Assembly: GCA_021776055.1 (NCBI GenBank)
Contig: JAJFGP010000088.1
Location: forward strand, 4,642-68,641
Source: Kiloniellaceae bacterium
Lineage (GTDB): Bacteria; Pseudomonadota; Alphaproteobacteria; Kiloniellales; J153
Length of the DNA stretch: 64,000 nt
Reading direction: 5' to 3'
Positions 47,161 through 59,057 of this stretch are shown here, piece after piece (position 1 is the first letter of the stretch; every line of letters starts with the position of its first letter). The notes under the pieces were generated by a model. It did not search any database. It saw only the letters and a program-made list of their open reading frames with translations, and was not told the origin of the DNA. Both the position numbers and the translations under genes were made by a program.

Positions 47161-47187
47161 TTGGCACTCAATGAGAGGGAGTGCTAA
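47161..47187. promoter_or_regulatory. CIRCE operator (HrcA binding site)
   Basis: ttggcactc-N9-gagtgctaa versus consensus TTAGCACTC-N9-GAGTGCTAA, upstream of groES. Confidence 0.85.
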
Positions 47188-47270
47188 CAATCGCCTGTCA
47201 GGTGAGGCACAGCCTGGGATCAGGCCTGGAATCAGGCCGGGCATCAGATAATGGACATGGAGGATTAGTC

Positions 47271-47591
47271 ATGCGTTTTCGCCCCTTGCACGACCGCGTG
47301 GTCATCAAGCGGATCGATCAGGAAGAGAAGTCGGCCGGTGGGATCATCATCCCCGACACGGCTCAGGAGAAGCCCATGGAGGGCGAGGTTATCGCGGTTG
47401 GCCCCGGCGCCCGCGGCGACGACGGCAAGCTGCACCCGCTCGATGTGAAGGTCGGCGATCGCGTCCTCTTCGGCAAGTGGTCCGGGACCGAGGTCAAGAT
47501 CGGCGCCGAGGATTTCCTGATCGTCAAAGAGTCCGACGTCATGGGCATCATCGAGGGCAGCGTTGCCAAGAAGCGCAAGAAGGCCGCCTAA
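47271..47591 (+). CDS. groES: co-chaperonin GroES
   Basis: ggagga SD; [46 protein letters not shown]. Confidence 0.95.
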   Translation: MRFRPLHDRVVIKRIDQEEKSAGGIIIPDTAQEKPMEGEVIAVGPGARGDDGKLHPLDVKVGDRVLFGKWSGTEVKIGAEDFLIVKESDVMGIIEGSVAKKRKKAA

Positions 47592-47609
47592 ATCGGCGCA
47601 CTACCCTAG

Positions 47610-49289
<1,680 letters not shown>

Positions 49290-49323
49290 GCCCAACCCAA
49301 CCCACAGCAAAGCCATTACCAAT

Positions 49324-49359
49324 GGGGCCGTGCCAACCGCGCGGCCCCTTTTTCTTTTT
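49324..49359 (+). terminator. rho-independent terminator of groESL
   Basis: ggggccg...cggcccc stem followed by tttttcttttt. Confidence 0.6.
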
Positions 49360-49366
49360 CTCGCCG

Positions 49367-50275
49367 CTAGGTCGAGAGCAACAGCCAGAGAATGCCGGCA
49401 ACCGTCAGCGTAATGCCGATGGTCTCCAGCCGCGTGGTGCGCTCGCGAAAGATGAAATGCGCCGCCGCCAGGGTGAACAACAACTCGATCTGTCCCAGGG
49501 CCCGCACATAGGCGGCGTTCTGTATGGTCATGGCCGTAAACCAGCACGCCGAGGCGGCGACACCGCTTGCCCCCACCCAAATGGCGGTGCGCCAGCTTGC
49601 CAGGGTGAGGCTAATCTGCCCGGGTTCGCGCCAGCGCATGTACAGCGCCATGACGGCGGTCTGCAGGACGGTCACGCAAGCCAAGGTAAAGGCCGCTTGC
49701 ATCAGAAAACCGGGGCCTCCGAGCGATAGCGACGCCGCCCGGTAAGATACCGCCGAGATACCGAAGAATGAGCCCGAGGCGATGCCGATCAGGGCCGGCC
49801 GGCTCGTCAGCGCGCCGAGAATGGCGCCAAGCTGGGTCTCGCTCTTGGCCAGGGAAATGGCCATCACCCCGGCCAGGCTCACCATAATGCCCAGGGTCGC
49901 ACCGGTGCTCAGGTGATCGCCCAGAATAACGATGCCGAAAATTGCGGTCTGCACCGTCTCGGTCTTGGAATAGGTGGTGCCCACCGCGAAGTTGCGCTGG
50001 GCGAACAGGGAGACCAGCAGGGCCGTGGCGAGAATCTGAGCGATCCCACCGCTCGCCATGAACGCCACGAAGCGCGCATTCGGTTGCGGCAGCGGCTGAT
50101 CCAACAGCAGCATCAGGCCGATCAGATACGCAATCGCCAGGGGAAAGCCGAACGAAAAGCGGACGAAGGTAGCGCCGCTAACGCTCAGTTGCCCGCGCAG
50201 ATGTTTCTGCAACGCCGAGCGGACGTTCTGCAGGAACGCCGCGGCGATGGTAATCGGAATCCAAATTTCGATCAT
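49367..50275 (-). CDS. DMT superfamily transporter
   Basis: 302 aa, ~10 TM helices, genome-typical composition. Confidence 0.7.
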   Translation of the reverse strand: MIEIWIPITIAAAFLQNVRSALQKHLRGQLSVSGATFVRFSFGFPLAIAYLIGLMLLLDQPLPQPNARFVAFMASGGIAQILATALLVSLFAQRNFAVGTTYSKTETVQTAIFGIVILGDHLSTGATLGIMVSLAGVMAISLAKSETQLGAILGALTSRPALIGIASGSFFGISAVSYRAASLSLGGPGFLMQAAFTLACVTVLQTAVMALYMRWREPGQISLTLASWRTAIWVGASGVAASACWFTAMTIQNAAYVRALGQIELLFTLAAAHFIFRERTTRLETIGITLTVAGILWLLLST

Positions 50276-50321
50276 GCCGCGCCCTGTGCGGCCGGCGGCG
50301 CCCGACTAGAGCTTCGCGTGC

Positions 50322-50726
50322 CTAAAGCTTGGCGTAGCGGGCGCGGGCGCCACGCTCGATGGCGGCGGATTCCAGCCGGCCGACATTGAGCCGGTAGCGT
50401 ATAAGCTCCAGCACACGCAGCTCCTCCTGGCTGGCTTCGCCGTCGGCGGCGGCGACATCGCAGGAGAGTGCATAGGCGGTTTCATGCAGGTGCTTCGGTA
50501 AACTGCCGGCGATCAACTCCAGGGTTTTTTCGAGGCCATCGTCTCCGCCCAGCGATTTGGCGCAATCCTGCGCCGTCGTCGTCAGCTTGGATGCGGCAAA
50601 GTCGCTGAACACCGGAAGATGTTTAACGATGTCGCCAATGGTCTGCAGTTCGCTATCGGTCATGTCGCTGTCCGAGGCGGAGACCAGGACCATCGTATAG
50701 ATCAAGGCGGACTGGGGATCGATCAT
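50322..50726 (-). CDS. TerB-like (tellurite resistance TerB family) protein
   Basis: LIYTMVLVSASDSDMTDSELQTIGDIV...AYALSCDVAAADGEASQEELRVLELIRYRL. Confidence 0.65.
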   Translation of the reverse strand: MIDPQSALIYTMVLVSASDSDMTDSELQTIGDIVKHLPVFSDFAASKLTTTAQDCAKSLGGDDGLEKTLELIAGSLPKHLHETAYALSCDVAAADGEASQEELRVLELIRYRLNVGRLESAAIERGARARYAKL

Positions 50727-50883
50727 CGGATTTGGCTACTTTCTTGGCGAGGGGGAAGCCGCTTGGCGGCGTGGCGCTCACTATGCAGGCGCGCGCTAAA
50801 GCGTCAAGCCCCACCGACCGGTAAATCCGGCCTCGACAGGGCGCCGCTTTACCGGCAGGCTCGACGGTCAAAGTGGGGGGCAA

Positions 50884-51822
50884 ATGGGGGCCATTGTCAC
50901 CGTCATACTGCCGGTCTTCGGGATCATGCTTGTTGGGTATCTAGCGGGCCGCTTCCGGCTGCTCGGCGATGCCAGCAGCGAGGCCCTCAACGGCTTCGTC
51001 TACTACATTTCACTGCCCGCGCTCTTTTTCGTTTCTCTTGCCCAGGTTCCGGTTGGCGAGGTCTTCAATGGCCCGTTTTTGGCGGCCTTCGGTGGCGGGC
51101 TTCTGGGTACCTTCGGTGTTGCTCTGCTGGTCGGTGTCTTCATCTTTCCCAACCGACTGGCGGCGCTTGGCCTGCACGGCCTATGCGCCGTCTTTTCCAA
51201 CACCGGCTATTTGGGCATTCCACTGCTGCTCATTACCTTCGGCGAGATCGGCAAGCTGCCCGGTATCATCAGCACGGTCATCATGGGAACCGTGGTTATG
51301 GGGCTGGGCATCGTCCTGATCGAGACCGATCTGAGCCAGGGGCGCGGTCCGTTGAAGATTCTCGCCAGCGTTGGCAAGGGCGTGGCCAAGTCGCCGCTTA
51401 TCCTCTCGGCCGGCGCGGGTCTGCTCGTCTCCGCGCTCGGTGTGCCGTTGCCGGGGCCGTTGGCCACCTTCAGCGATATCCTCGGCGCCGCCGCGTCGCC
51501 CTGCGCGCTGTTTGCCATCGGCTTGTTCTTGGCCGGGCAGTCGGTGACCACGGGGCTTGTCGAGATCAGTTGGCTGGTGACGCTAAAGCTGATCCTGCAG
51601 CCGGCGATCACCTGGTGGCTGGCCTTCGGCGTCATGTCCATGGACCCAACCTGGGCGGCGGCGGCGGTGGTGCAGGCGGCGCTGCCGACCGGCGCCCTGG
51701 TCTTCGTCTTGGCTCAGCAGTACGGCATCTTCGTGCACCGAGCGACGGCGACCATCATGGTCTCGACCGTCCTATCCGTTATTACGCTCTCCCTGCTCTT
51801 TGCCTTTCTCGGTTTGGGCTAG
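50884..51822 (+). CDS. AEC (auxin efflux carrier) family transporter
   Basis: MGAIVTVILPVFGIMLVGYLAGRFRLL...NGFVYYISLPALFF; 10 TM helices. Confidence 0.8.
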   Translation: MGAIVTVILPVFGIMLVGYLAGRFRLLGDASSEALNGFVYYISLPALFFVSLAQVPVGEVFNGPFLAAFGGGLLGTFGVALLVGVFIFPNRLAALGLHGLCAVFSNTGYLGIPLLLITFGEIGKLPGIISTVIMGTVVMGLGIVLIETDLSQGRGPLKILASVGKGVAKSPLILSAGAGLLVSALGVPLPGPLATFSDILGAAASPCALFAIGLFLAGQSVTTGLVEISWLVTLKLILQPAITWWLAFGVMSMDPTWAAAAVVQAALPTGALVFVLAQQYGIFVHRATATIMVSTVLSVITLSLLFAFLGLG

Positions 51823-51862
51823 GGTGGAGTTACTTGCGAAAGCCCGAAACTAGAAAATCGCT

Positions 51863-53746
51863 CTATGCGCGTGCGGCGATGCGCGGCCGGCCGCGCACCG
51901 GTCCCGATTCAGGCTCGTCGAACAGGTCGGCAAGCTGTTCCATCACCGCGCCGCCAAGCTGCTCGGCGTCGATGATGGTCACGGCGCGGCGGTAGTAGCG
52001 GGTGACGTCGTGGCCGATGCCGATGGCCATGAGCTCGACCGGCGAGCGGGTCTCTATATGGTTGATGACCTCGCGCAGGTGACGTTCCAGGTAGTTGCCC
52101 GGGTTGACCGAGAGGGTCGAATCGTCGACCGGCGCGCCGTCGGAGATGACCATTAGAATGCGCCGCTGTTCCGGCCGGCCAAGCAGGCGGTTGTACGCCC
52201 AGAGCAGAGCCTCGCCGTCGATGTTCTCCTTGAGGATGCCCTCGCGCAGCATCAGGCCCAGCGCCTTGCGGGCGCGCCGCCACGGGGCATCCGCCGACTT
52301 GTAGATAATATGGCGTAGATCGTTGAGGCGGCCGGGATTGCCGGGCTTGCCGGTGGCGATCCAGCGCTCGCGGGCCTGGCCGCCCTTCCACATGCGGGTG
52401 GTGAAGCCGAGAATCTCGACCTTGACGCCGCACCGCTCCAGGGTGCGCGCCAGAATATCGGCGCTTAGCGCCGCGACGGTGATGGGCCGGCCACGCATGG
52501 AGCCGGAGTTGTCGATGAGCAGGCTCACCACGGTGTCGCGGAATTGCGTCTCGCGTTCGCGCTTAAAGCTCAAGGAATGCGTCGGGTTGGCGACGATGCG
52601 GGCCAGTCGCGCCGTATCGAGGATGCCTTCCTCCAGGTTGAAATCCCAGTCGCGGGTCTGCTTGGCCAACAGCCGCCGCTGCAAGCGGTTGGCCAGGCGC
52701 GCGGTGACGCCCTGTAGGTTTGTGAGCTGCTGATCGAGCATCTGACGCAGGCGGTCAAGCTCGTCGGCATCGCACAGGTCCGCGGCTTCGACCGTCTCAT
52801 CGAAATCCAGGGTGAAGGCCTGGTAAGCATCTTCGTCGCGGGCATTGCGTCGATCGGCGAAGGGCGGCCGGCCGGGGCGCCCCGGCTCGTCATCGGCGGC
52901 ACCGTGCATCATCTCGCCGTCGGACTCGGAATCTTGCTGCTCGCTGCCTTCCGCCTCGCTGGCGTCGCCTTGTTCGCCCTCCAGGCTGGACTCGGCGTCC
53001 TCGGCATCGCGTTCACCGGATTCGCCGCGGGTCTGCGAGTTGTTTTCCTCGGCGTTATCGCCCTCGTTCTGCTCTTCATCCTCGTTGGCCTCGTCCGTCT
53101 CGGGGCCAAGATCGACGTCGAGATGATCGAGCAAGCGGCGGACGGTCTCGGCGAAGCGGCCCTGGTCCGCCGCCTGTTCGCGCAGGGACGCCAGGTCCTT
53201 CAGGATTTGTGCATCCAGGCTCGGCCGCCATAGATCGAGCATTTTTCGGGCCGCTGGTGGTGGCGGCATGCCGGTGATCGCCTCGCGCGCCATGACTTTG
53301 ATAACCTCGGCCAACGGCACCTCATCCTGGCTTACGGCGCGAGCATAGCCGTGGCTGCGGCAGTGCTCCTCCAGGACGGCATCCAGATTCGTGGCCACGC
53401 CGGCCATCCGCCGAATCCCTAAGGATTCGCAGCGAGTCTGTTCGATGCCGTCGTAAATGGACCGCGCCAAATCGGACCCCGGCCGGCGGCGCCGGTGCAG
53501 GGCGCCGTCGTGATAGCGCAGGCGCAAGGCCACCGCATCGGCCTCGCCGCGCACCATCGCCGCATCTCCTGCTGGCAAATCGCGCGCCGGCAACGGCAGG
53601 CGCACATCGGAGCCCACCAACCCCTGGCCGGTGGGCGAGAAGCTGGCCGTAATGTCGTCGCGCTCGGCAATGGCCCGAATGGTGGCGCCGGTCGTGCGCT
53701 TGAATTCCTCAATAGGTGAATCGCCGTCCTGCATCACCGCAGCCAA
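51863..53746 (-). CDS. cobT: CobT (cobaltochelatase subunit CobT-like, vWA domain protein)
   Basis: Central poly-acidic tract ([18 protein letters not shown]...); C-terminal vWA with [17 protein letters not shown]. Confidence 0.88.
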   Translation of the reverse strand: MAAVMQDGDSPIEEFKRTTGATIRAIAERDDITASFSPTGQGLVGSDVRLPLPARDLPAGDAAMVRGEADAVALRLRYHDGALHRRRRPGSDLARSIYDGIEQTRCESLGIRRMAGVATNLDAVLEEHCRSHGYARAVSQDEVPLAEVIKVMAREAITGMPPPPAARKMLDLWRPSLDAQILKDLASLREQAADQGRFAETVRRLLDHLDVDLGPETDEANEDEEQNEGDNAEENNSQTRGESGERDAEDAESSLEGEQGDASEAEGSEQQDSESDGEMMHGAADDEPGRPGRPPFADRRNARDEDAYQAFTLDFDETVEAADLCDADELDRLRQMLDQQLTNLQGVTARLANRLQRRLLAKQTRDWDFNLEEGILDTARLARIVANPTHSLSFKRERETQFRDTVVSLLIDNSGSMRGRPITVAALSADILARTLERCGVKVEILGFTTRMWKGGQARERWIATGKPGNPGRLNDLRHIIYKSADAPWRRARKALGLMLREGILKENIDGEALLWAYNRLLGRPEQRRILMVISDGAPVDDSTLSVNPGNYLERHLREVINHIETRSPVELMAIGIGHDVTRYYRRAVTIIDAEQLGGAVMEQLADLFDEPESGPVRGRPRIAARA

Positions 53747-53993
53747 GGTTATTGATCAGATTGAGTTTCTATCCAATGATATAGGCGGTCGGTGAAAGAA
53801 AGGCAAAATCCCCGAAAGAGGGGTGAAACGCGATCTGGGTGGGGAGGCGCCTCATGGTTAGGCCGCTTGCGAAGCGCCATGAACAGCAATATGTGGAATC
53901 CCCGGATTGCGCAACTGCCGGCCTGCGAATTGGCGGAGGGGGGGCTTGTGGCACCTCCGGGTCGAGGGCTGGCTGGAAGCTAGAGCAGTGGAT

Positions 53994-55814
53994 ATGAAGT
54001 TGCTTTTCCGCCGCTTCCGGCCCGTGTTCAAGAATGCACTGGGTATAGCCGTTGTGCTTTCTCTTGTTCTTGTGTTCGACCCTCTCTCGGTTGCAAGCAA
54101 CGCTAGTCGGGCATCCGTAGCGCTGTTCTACTGGCTTGTCGCTCCACGCTATCCGGCGCCGTTCGACGATCCGAGCTCCAGCTCTGTGTTCGATGACAAG
54201 ACTGGGATCGCGGTGATCATCATCAACGATGAAAGTCTTGCCAGCATTGCGCGCGAACCGACGACCGGCGCCGTGGCGTACGTTCCTAACGACAGAGAGT
54301 CGGACAAGCTTGCAGGCAACGGCGAAAGGGTAACGTGGCCACCCCCCTTTGCCATCCATGAGCTGGTAATCAACAAAATCTTCGAGTCGGCAGTGCCAAG
54401 GGCGTTGTTCATCGATTTCGGATTCTTCGACGACCGCGACAAGACCGCCACAGCTAAATTCGCCCAGACTTTGAAAAAATACGCAGTGCCAAGAAAGGAG
54501 TTTGACGAATTCCAGGCATGTGTGACCGCACTGCCTGAACTTTCAATGACGGATGCGGCAGCCTGCACGCGCTGGGCGGGCCGGGCGCCAATTTTTCTTC
54601 CTCACGCTGGCGCATCGGCGCCAAAGCATTTACAAGTCCTGCCGGCCTTGCGGGAGGCTGTTACCGCTCTCGTCTCCTCTGATTACATCGGGGAGAATTC
54701 TGACAGCTACAACCTCTACGATTTTTACGACTGCGCGACATATTCTCCTTCGGCGGCATCGGCCATGTATCTAGCGAGTGGTGTCTTGCCTGGGTTTTCG
54801 GCCGCTGATTGCGACGTGGGCAGAAAAGCTCCCCGAGTATCCGTTTTTTGGTCCGATTGGGGCGATGCCGAGCGTGGCCGCGGCAGCTTTGCCTGCCGAG
54901 CACTGCGCAAGACCTGGCTCGACCGGGTAGGGCAGATTGCTCGTTTCGCAATTTACGATAGGCCAAAAGAACTGGTCATTTCTGCTCTTTCCGCCATTGG
55001 CGTTATGCCTGTGGATGTAGATCCAGTGAGAGTCCAGTACCAAATCTGTCCCCCACACTTGACAGTTAGCGCACACGAATTCTTGGCCGACGATACAGGT
55101 TTGATGGGAGCCGTGCTGCACAATCGGTATGTCTTTTACGGCGGCAACTTTGTCATGGCTGACGATTTGATTCGACCGCCGACCCACAATGCTATTCCGG
55201 GCGTTTATGCGCATGCGATGGTGTTGGACAATCTGCTGCAGGGACAGACGAAAAATGTGGAGTCTCGTTGGTCCAATGTGCTGGCCCTTGTCCTGACCTT
55301 ATCGGCGATAGTGGTTGCTGCAATGTGCTCTGCTGTTACTTGGGCGGGTATTGAGCGTGTGGCATCGAAGGATGACGGCCATGCGGCACGCAGCGGCGCA
55401 CGATGGTCAGCCCTGCAACACCGCAGCGGCGCGGTCTCGCAGAACCGGCTGTGGAGACAGGGTGGGGATGAAATTTTGGAAAGACGGACAAGCGTGTGGT
55501 TGGAAGTCAAAGAGCTCGTGGTCCGCATGACGCCAGCGCGTTTGCCGTTGTTGGCCTCGCCCTACGACCGACTGTGTCTTTGGGTATCGGCTTCTTGGGT
55601 ATCGGCGTGGGGCAAGTCGGTGCGCCGCGGAATACACGTTCTGGGATTGACCCTTTTTGGTGTTGTCGTATGTCTGGTGACCGTTAGCGCGTTGGCGGCC
55701 ATTGGCTTCTTCTGGCTCGATCTGGCCCCCATCAATATTGTCGGCATATTTTCTTTTGTTGGGTTTCACGGATTGCTTCGCGGACTTTCGTCTCTGCTTG
55801 AAGTGCTAATTTGA
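53994..55814 (+). CDS. CHASE2 domain membrane protein without a recognisable output domain
   Basis: N-terminal TM helix; IAVIIINDESL, WPPPFAIHELVINKIF, ALFIDFGFFDDRD, YVFYGGNFVMADDLIRPPTHNAIPGVYAHAMVLDNLLQG, then several TM helices. No kinase, cyclase or GGDEF motifs follow. Confidence 0.7.
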   Translation: MKLLFRRFRPVFKNALGIAVVLSLVLVFDPLSVASNASRASVALFYWLVAPRYPAPFDDPSSSSVFDDKTGIAVIIINDESLASIAREPTTGAVAYVPNDRESDKLAGNGERVTWPPPFAIHELVINKIFESAVPRALFIDFGFFDDRDKTATAKFAQTLKKYAVPRKEFDEFQACVTALPELSMTDAAACTRWAGRAPIFLPHAGASAPKHLQVLPALREAVTALVSSDYIGENSDSYNLYDFYDCATYSPSAASAMYLASGVLPGFSAADCDVGRKAPRVSVFWSDWGDAERGRGSFACRALRKTWLDRVGQIARFAIYDRPKELVISALSAIGVMPVDVDPVRVQYQICPPHLTVSAHEFLADDTGLMGAVLHNRYVFYGGNFVMADDLIRPPTHNAIPGVYAHAMVLDNLLQGQTKNVESRWSNVLALVLTLSAIVVAAMCSAVTWAGIERVASKDDGHAARSGARWSALQHRSGAVSQNRLWRQGGDEILERRTSVWLEVKELVVRMTPARLPLLASPYDRLCLWVSASWVSAWGKSVRRGIHVLGLTLFGVVVCLVTVSALAAIGFFWLDLAPINIVGIFSFVGFHGLLRGLSSLLEVLI

Positions 55815-55941
55815 GCCGATTCTACCTTCGGTGCTAATAGGTTGCTTGATTGGGGCGCCTAATCTAACATACGGTAACACAAGAAAAAAATCGATATGCG
55901 GACCCAGTGTAGGGTCCGACATGCTGAGGAGGATAGCTGCA

Positions 55942-56307
55942 ATGCCGAGATGGATCATCGGCGCCGTTGCCGGGGTGGTTCTCGGTGGCTTGAGCGCAAT
56001 GATCGTGGGGCAGGCTGCGGCTGAGCCCACACAAGTCACAAAGATCAGGGGTAAAGCCCTGGTTGTTTACAAAGAAGCGACTGGCGCCCCCACCAAACGG
56101 ATACCGTCCGCAGATATCGGTACACCGTTTGCCATCAAGAGCGGCCCAACGAATGGCCGATATCAGGTGGAGATCAACGGGGCCACATGGTGGATTCCCA
56201 AGGCGCAAGCGGTCACTGACGAGAAGATTGCGGGCCCAGCCGTGAGCTGCCAGTCGCTAACAAAGAGCTACGCCTCATCGCGCGGGTTCGCGGACTGCAA
56301 GGAATGA
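55942..56307 (+). CDS. secreted small protein with an SH3b-like pattern
   Basis: gaggagg SD 9 nt upstream of ATG 55942 (alternative start 55921). Signal MPRWIIGAVAGVVLGGLSAMIVGQAAA/EP. KIRGKALVVYKEATG...GRYQVEINGATWWIPKAQAV; two C-terminal Cys. Confidence 0.5.
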   Translation: MPRWIIGAVAGVVLGGLSAMIVGQAAAEPTQVTKIRGKALVVYKEATGAPTKRIPSADIGTPFAIKSGPTNGRYQVEINGATWWIPKAQAVTDEKIAGPAVSCQSLTKSYASSRGFADCKE

Positions 56308-57965
56308 TCGGGGGGTGGCGGAGACCGGCCACCGGGTCGGTCCTGGCCCTTGCGCTGGCCGTGGCCGCGGCATCACCGGCTACGGCGGGATTTCTCGATT
56401 CCGTTAACCCGTTCGCTGATACGAAGGACGAGTTCGAAGGCAAGTTCGTCGAGACCCTCGATCCGGGTCCTTGGCCGTCGCCGGCGGAGCGTTTTGATCT
56501 GTCTGCGGGCGGCGGCGGTGTCGCGCTGAAAAGTCGGCGTGGCGAGGAAGATTACGAATCTTCCAAGGACGATGAAAAGGTCGCCGAAGAAGCCGAGGAA
56601 CCGGAGCCAATTCGTGTGCCCAATGGGCTGACCTCCCTGCGCATGGCCGAGGATAGTGTCGCCTATGTGCCGGCGCTGGCGGCGTATATCAATCGGATTG
56701 GGGCGCGTGTTCTGGCCGGGGCGCCGATAACCGGTGCCCCGGTGAAATTTTATGTGACCGCGAACGAGGACTTCGGCGCCGCCAAGGCGTTTCCCGATGG
56801 GGCGGTGGGCATACCCGTCGGCCTGTTGCGCGCGGTGGATAGCGAGGACGAGCTGGCGTTCGTGTTGGGCCACGAGGCCGGGCATGTGCTGCTGGGCCAC
56901 CACGACCTGGATTGGATCAAATCCTTCAACGGCAAACTCGTCTCGGCCGCCGAGATCACCTTGGCCATGGGTGTCACGGCCGGCCAGAAACTTGGCCGCA
57001 ACGATCTGGCCCAAGGGGCGGGCAAGGTCGCTCTCATCGCCCAGGCGTTCTGGTTCGTGTCCGACAAGGGGCTGTTCCCCTCGTTCACCCGCGAGCAAGA
57101 GGACGAGGCCGATCTTATCGGTCTCGATCTGATGATTCGCGCCGGGTACAATCCGGATGGCGGATTTAGTGCCCTCAATCAGCTTGAGGCTTGGGAAAAA
57201 GCTGTGGCCGACCGGCCGAGCCCGCTGGCGCAGAAGCGCGCGGCCCTGGAACGCGAGGCCAACGAGTCCATGCAGCAGGGCGACGTTGCGGGTGCCGTAG
57301 GGGGGTTCTTCGAGAGCCTTGCTCTGGCCGGCAAAGGCTTGGTCGACGACGTATCCGTTACGCACCGCAGCGCGACGGAACGGTACGAATCACTGCTCGA
57401 CTATTTCCTGCGCGAGTATGTCGAGCTGGAATCGGGCGATCTGCGGTACGCGGAAATCAAGGCGGCGCGGGAGCGGCCGGAAACGGTTGCCCTTTTTAAC
57501 AGCTATGAAAACGCCCGCGCGGCCATACGGAAGGCCAACTCGGGCGAGTTGGGCGAGGCGGAGGGCTTTGCCAAGAAAGCGGTGGCCGGGTCGTTCTCCA
57601 ACGATGCCTTGGCCCGGTACGCCTTTGCCGCGACGCGGATGAAACAGGGCCGCACGGACAAGGCGATGCAGAACCTGGAGATTGCGAAGACAAGTCCGCA
57701 AGCCTCGCTGATCGTCTATCAGAAGTTGGCCGAGCTACAGTGGGTTTCGGGCAAGCGGCAGGATTCGGTTGTGCTGTTGGAATCGGCGCTCGACGATTTC
57801 GATGAGCCGCCGGAGCTGTACGCGGATATCGTCTATCGCTATCACGCCCTGGGCGACCAGAAGAAGGCGGATCAGTTGGCGCTGAAATGCAAGCTTAGCA
57901 ACCGTGCCGCTGGTGAGCTTTGTCTCAAGGCCGCCAAGGGTGAGATGCCGACGATCGGCGGTTAG
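56304..57965 (+). CDS. secreted M48 family zinc metallopeptidase with C-terminal TPR-like repeats
   Basis: Signal peptide; FVLGHEAGHVLLGHH (HExxH) and REQEDEADLIGLDLMIRAGYNP; helical repeat C-terminus; ATGA overlap with the upstream gene. Confidence 0.8.
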   Translation: MIGGWRRPATGSVLALALAVAAASPATAGFLDSVNPFADTKDEFEGKFVETLDPGPWPSPAERFDLSAGGGGVALKSRRGEEDYESSKDDEKVAEEAEEPEPIRVPNGLTSLRMAEDSVAYVPALAAYINRIGARVLAGAPITGAPVKFYVTANEDFGAAKAFPDGAVGIPVGLLRAVDSEDELAFVLGHEAGHVLLGHHDLDWIKSFNGKLVSAAEITLAMGVTAGQKLGRNDLAQGAGKVALIAQAFWFVSDKGLFPSFTREQEDEADLIGLDLMIRAGYNPDGGFSALNQLEAWEKAVADRPSPLAQKRAALEREANESMQQGDVAGAVGGFFESLALAGKGLVDDVSVTHRSATERYESLLDYFLREYVELESGDLRYAEIKAARERPETVALFNSYENARAAIRKANSGELGEAEGFAKKAVAGSFSNDALARYAFAATRMKQGRTDKAMQNLEIAKTSPQASLIVYQKLAELQWVSGKRQDSVVLLESALDDFDEPPELYADIVYRYHALGDQKKADQLALKCKLSNRAAGELCLKAAKGEMPTIGG

Positions 57966-57979
57966 CCCGTCCCTCTCAA

Positions 57980-58978
57980 CTAGACCAGGGTGGCCTTGAC
58001 GCTGCTTTCAGGTAGTTCGGTACCGAAGCAGCGCTGGTAGTACTCGGCGACCACGGGGCGTTCCAACTCGTCGCACTTGTTTATGAACGTCACGCGGAAG
58101 GCGAAGCCGAGGTCGTCGAAGATTCGCGCGTTTTCCGCCCAGGTGATGACCGTCCGCGGGCTCATGACCGTGGAGATATCGCCGTTGACGAAACCGCTGC
58201 GGGTCAGATCCGCCAGGGCCACCATGGCGGCCAGCCGCTCGCGCCCTTCCTTGTTGTCGTAGTCGGGGCATTTGGCGAGAACGATCTTCTCCTCCTCCTC
58301 GTGCGGCAGATAGTTGAGGGTGGCAACGATGCTCCAACGGTCCATCTGACCCTGGTTCAACTGTTGCGTACCGTGATAGAGGCCGGTGGTATCGCCTAGG
58401 CCGATGGTGTTGGTGGTGGCGAACAGGCGGAAGGCCGGATGCGGCTGGACTACCCGGTTCTGATCGAGCAGGGTCAGCTTACCTTCGACCTCGAGAACCC
58501 GCTGGATGACGAACATCACGTCCGGCCGGCCGGCGTCGTACTCGTCGAAGACCAGGGCCATCGGGTGCTGCAACGACCAGGGCAGCAGACCTTCGCGGAA
58601 TTCGGTGACCTGCTTGCCGTCCTTGAGCACGATCGCGTCCTTGCCCACCAGATCGATACGGCTGATGTGGCTGTCCAGATTGATGCGCAGGCACGGCCAG
58701 TTGAGGCGAGCCGAAACCTGCTCGATGTGGGTCGACTTGCCGGTGCCGTGATAGCCCTGGATCATCACCCGGCGGTTGTAGGCGAAGCCGGCGAGGATGC
58801 TGAGCGTGGTGTCGCGGTCGAAGCGGTACACCTCGTCCAGGGTGGGCACGTGCTCGTTGGGCTGGCTGAAGGCGGGGACCTGCATATCGCAGTCGATGCC
58901 GAAGGTCTGGCGCACCGATACCGTGATATCGGGTCCCTCCATCGGAAAATCGCCGCCGTTGACTTGAGTTGCAGACAT
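57980..58978 (-). CDS. cobS: CobS (cobaltochelatase subunit CobS-like, AAA+ MoxR-type ATPase)
   Basis: [32 protein letters not shown] (Walker A); [13 protein letters not shown] (Walker B). Confidence 0.9.
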   Translation of the reverse strand: MSATQVNGGDFPMEGPDITVSVRQTFGIDCDMQVPAFSQPNEHVPTLDEVYRFDRDTTLSILAGFAYNRRVMIQGYHGTGKSTHIEQVSARLNWPCLRINLDSHISRIDLVGKDAIVLKDGKQVTEFREGLLPWSLQHPMALVFDEYDAGRPDVMFVIQRVLEVEGKLTLLDQNRVVQPHPAFRLFATTNTIGLGDTTGLYHGTQQLNQGQMDRWSIVATLNYLPHEEEEKIVLAKCPDYDNKEGRERLAAMVALADLTRSGFVNGDISTVMSPRTVITWAENARIFDDLGFAFRVTFINKCDELERPVVAEYYQRCFGTELPESSVKATLV

Positions 58979-59057
58979 TTAACCAGTTCCGTCCTGGTAA
59001 GAGATTGTGTTTCCTAGCCTGTGATTGGCCAGATGACGGTCTAGCCGATCTGGCCGC

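Noticed and set aside
56373-57365. 330-aa minus-strand ORF, and similarly 62236..63219 and 9626..10618
   Set aside because: These are antisense shadows of the M48 peptidase, NMO and argB genes respectively.
58979-59057. Cobalamin riboswitch upstream of cobS (and of cobT at 53747..53993)
   Set aside because: No B12-box-like GCCACUG core or extended conserved structure is visible, and the regions are short. These cobS/cobT homologues sit in the bolA/J-domain context rather than in a cob operon.
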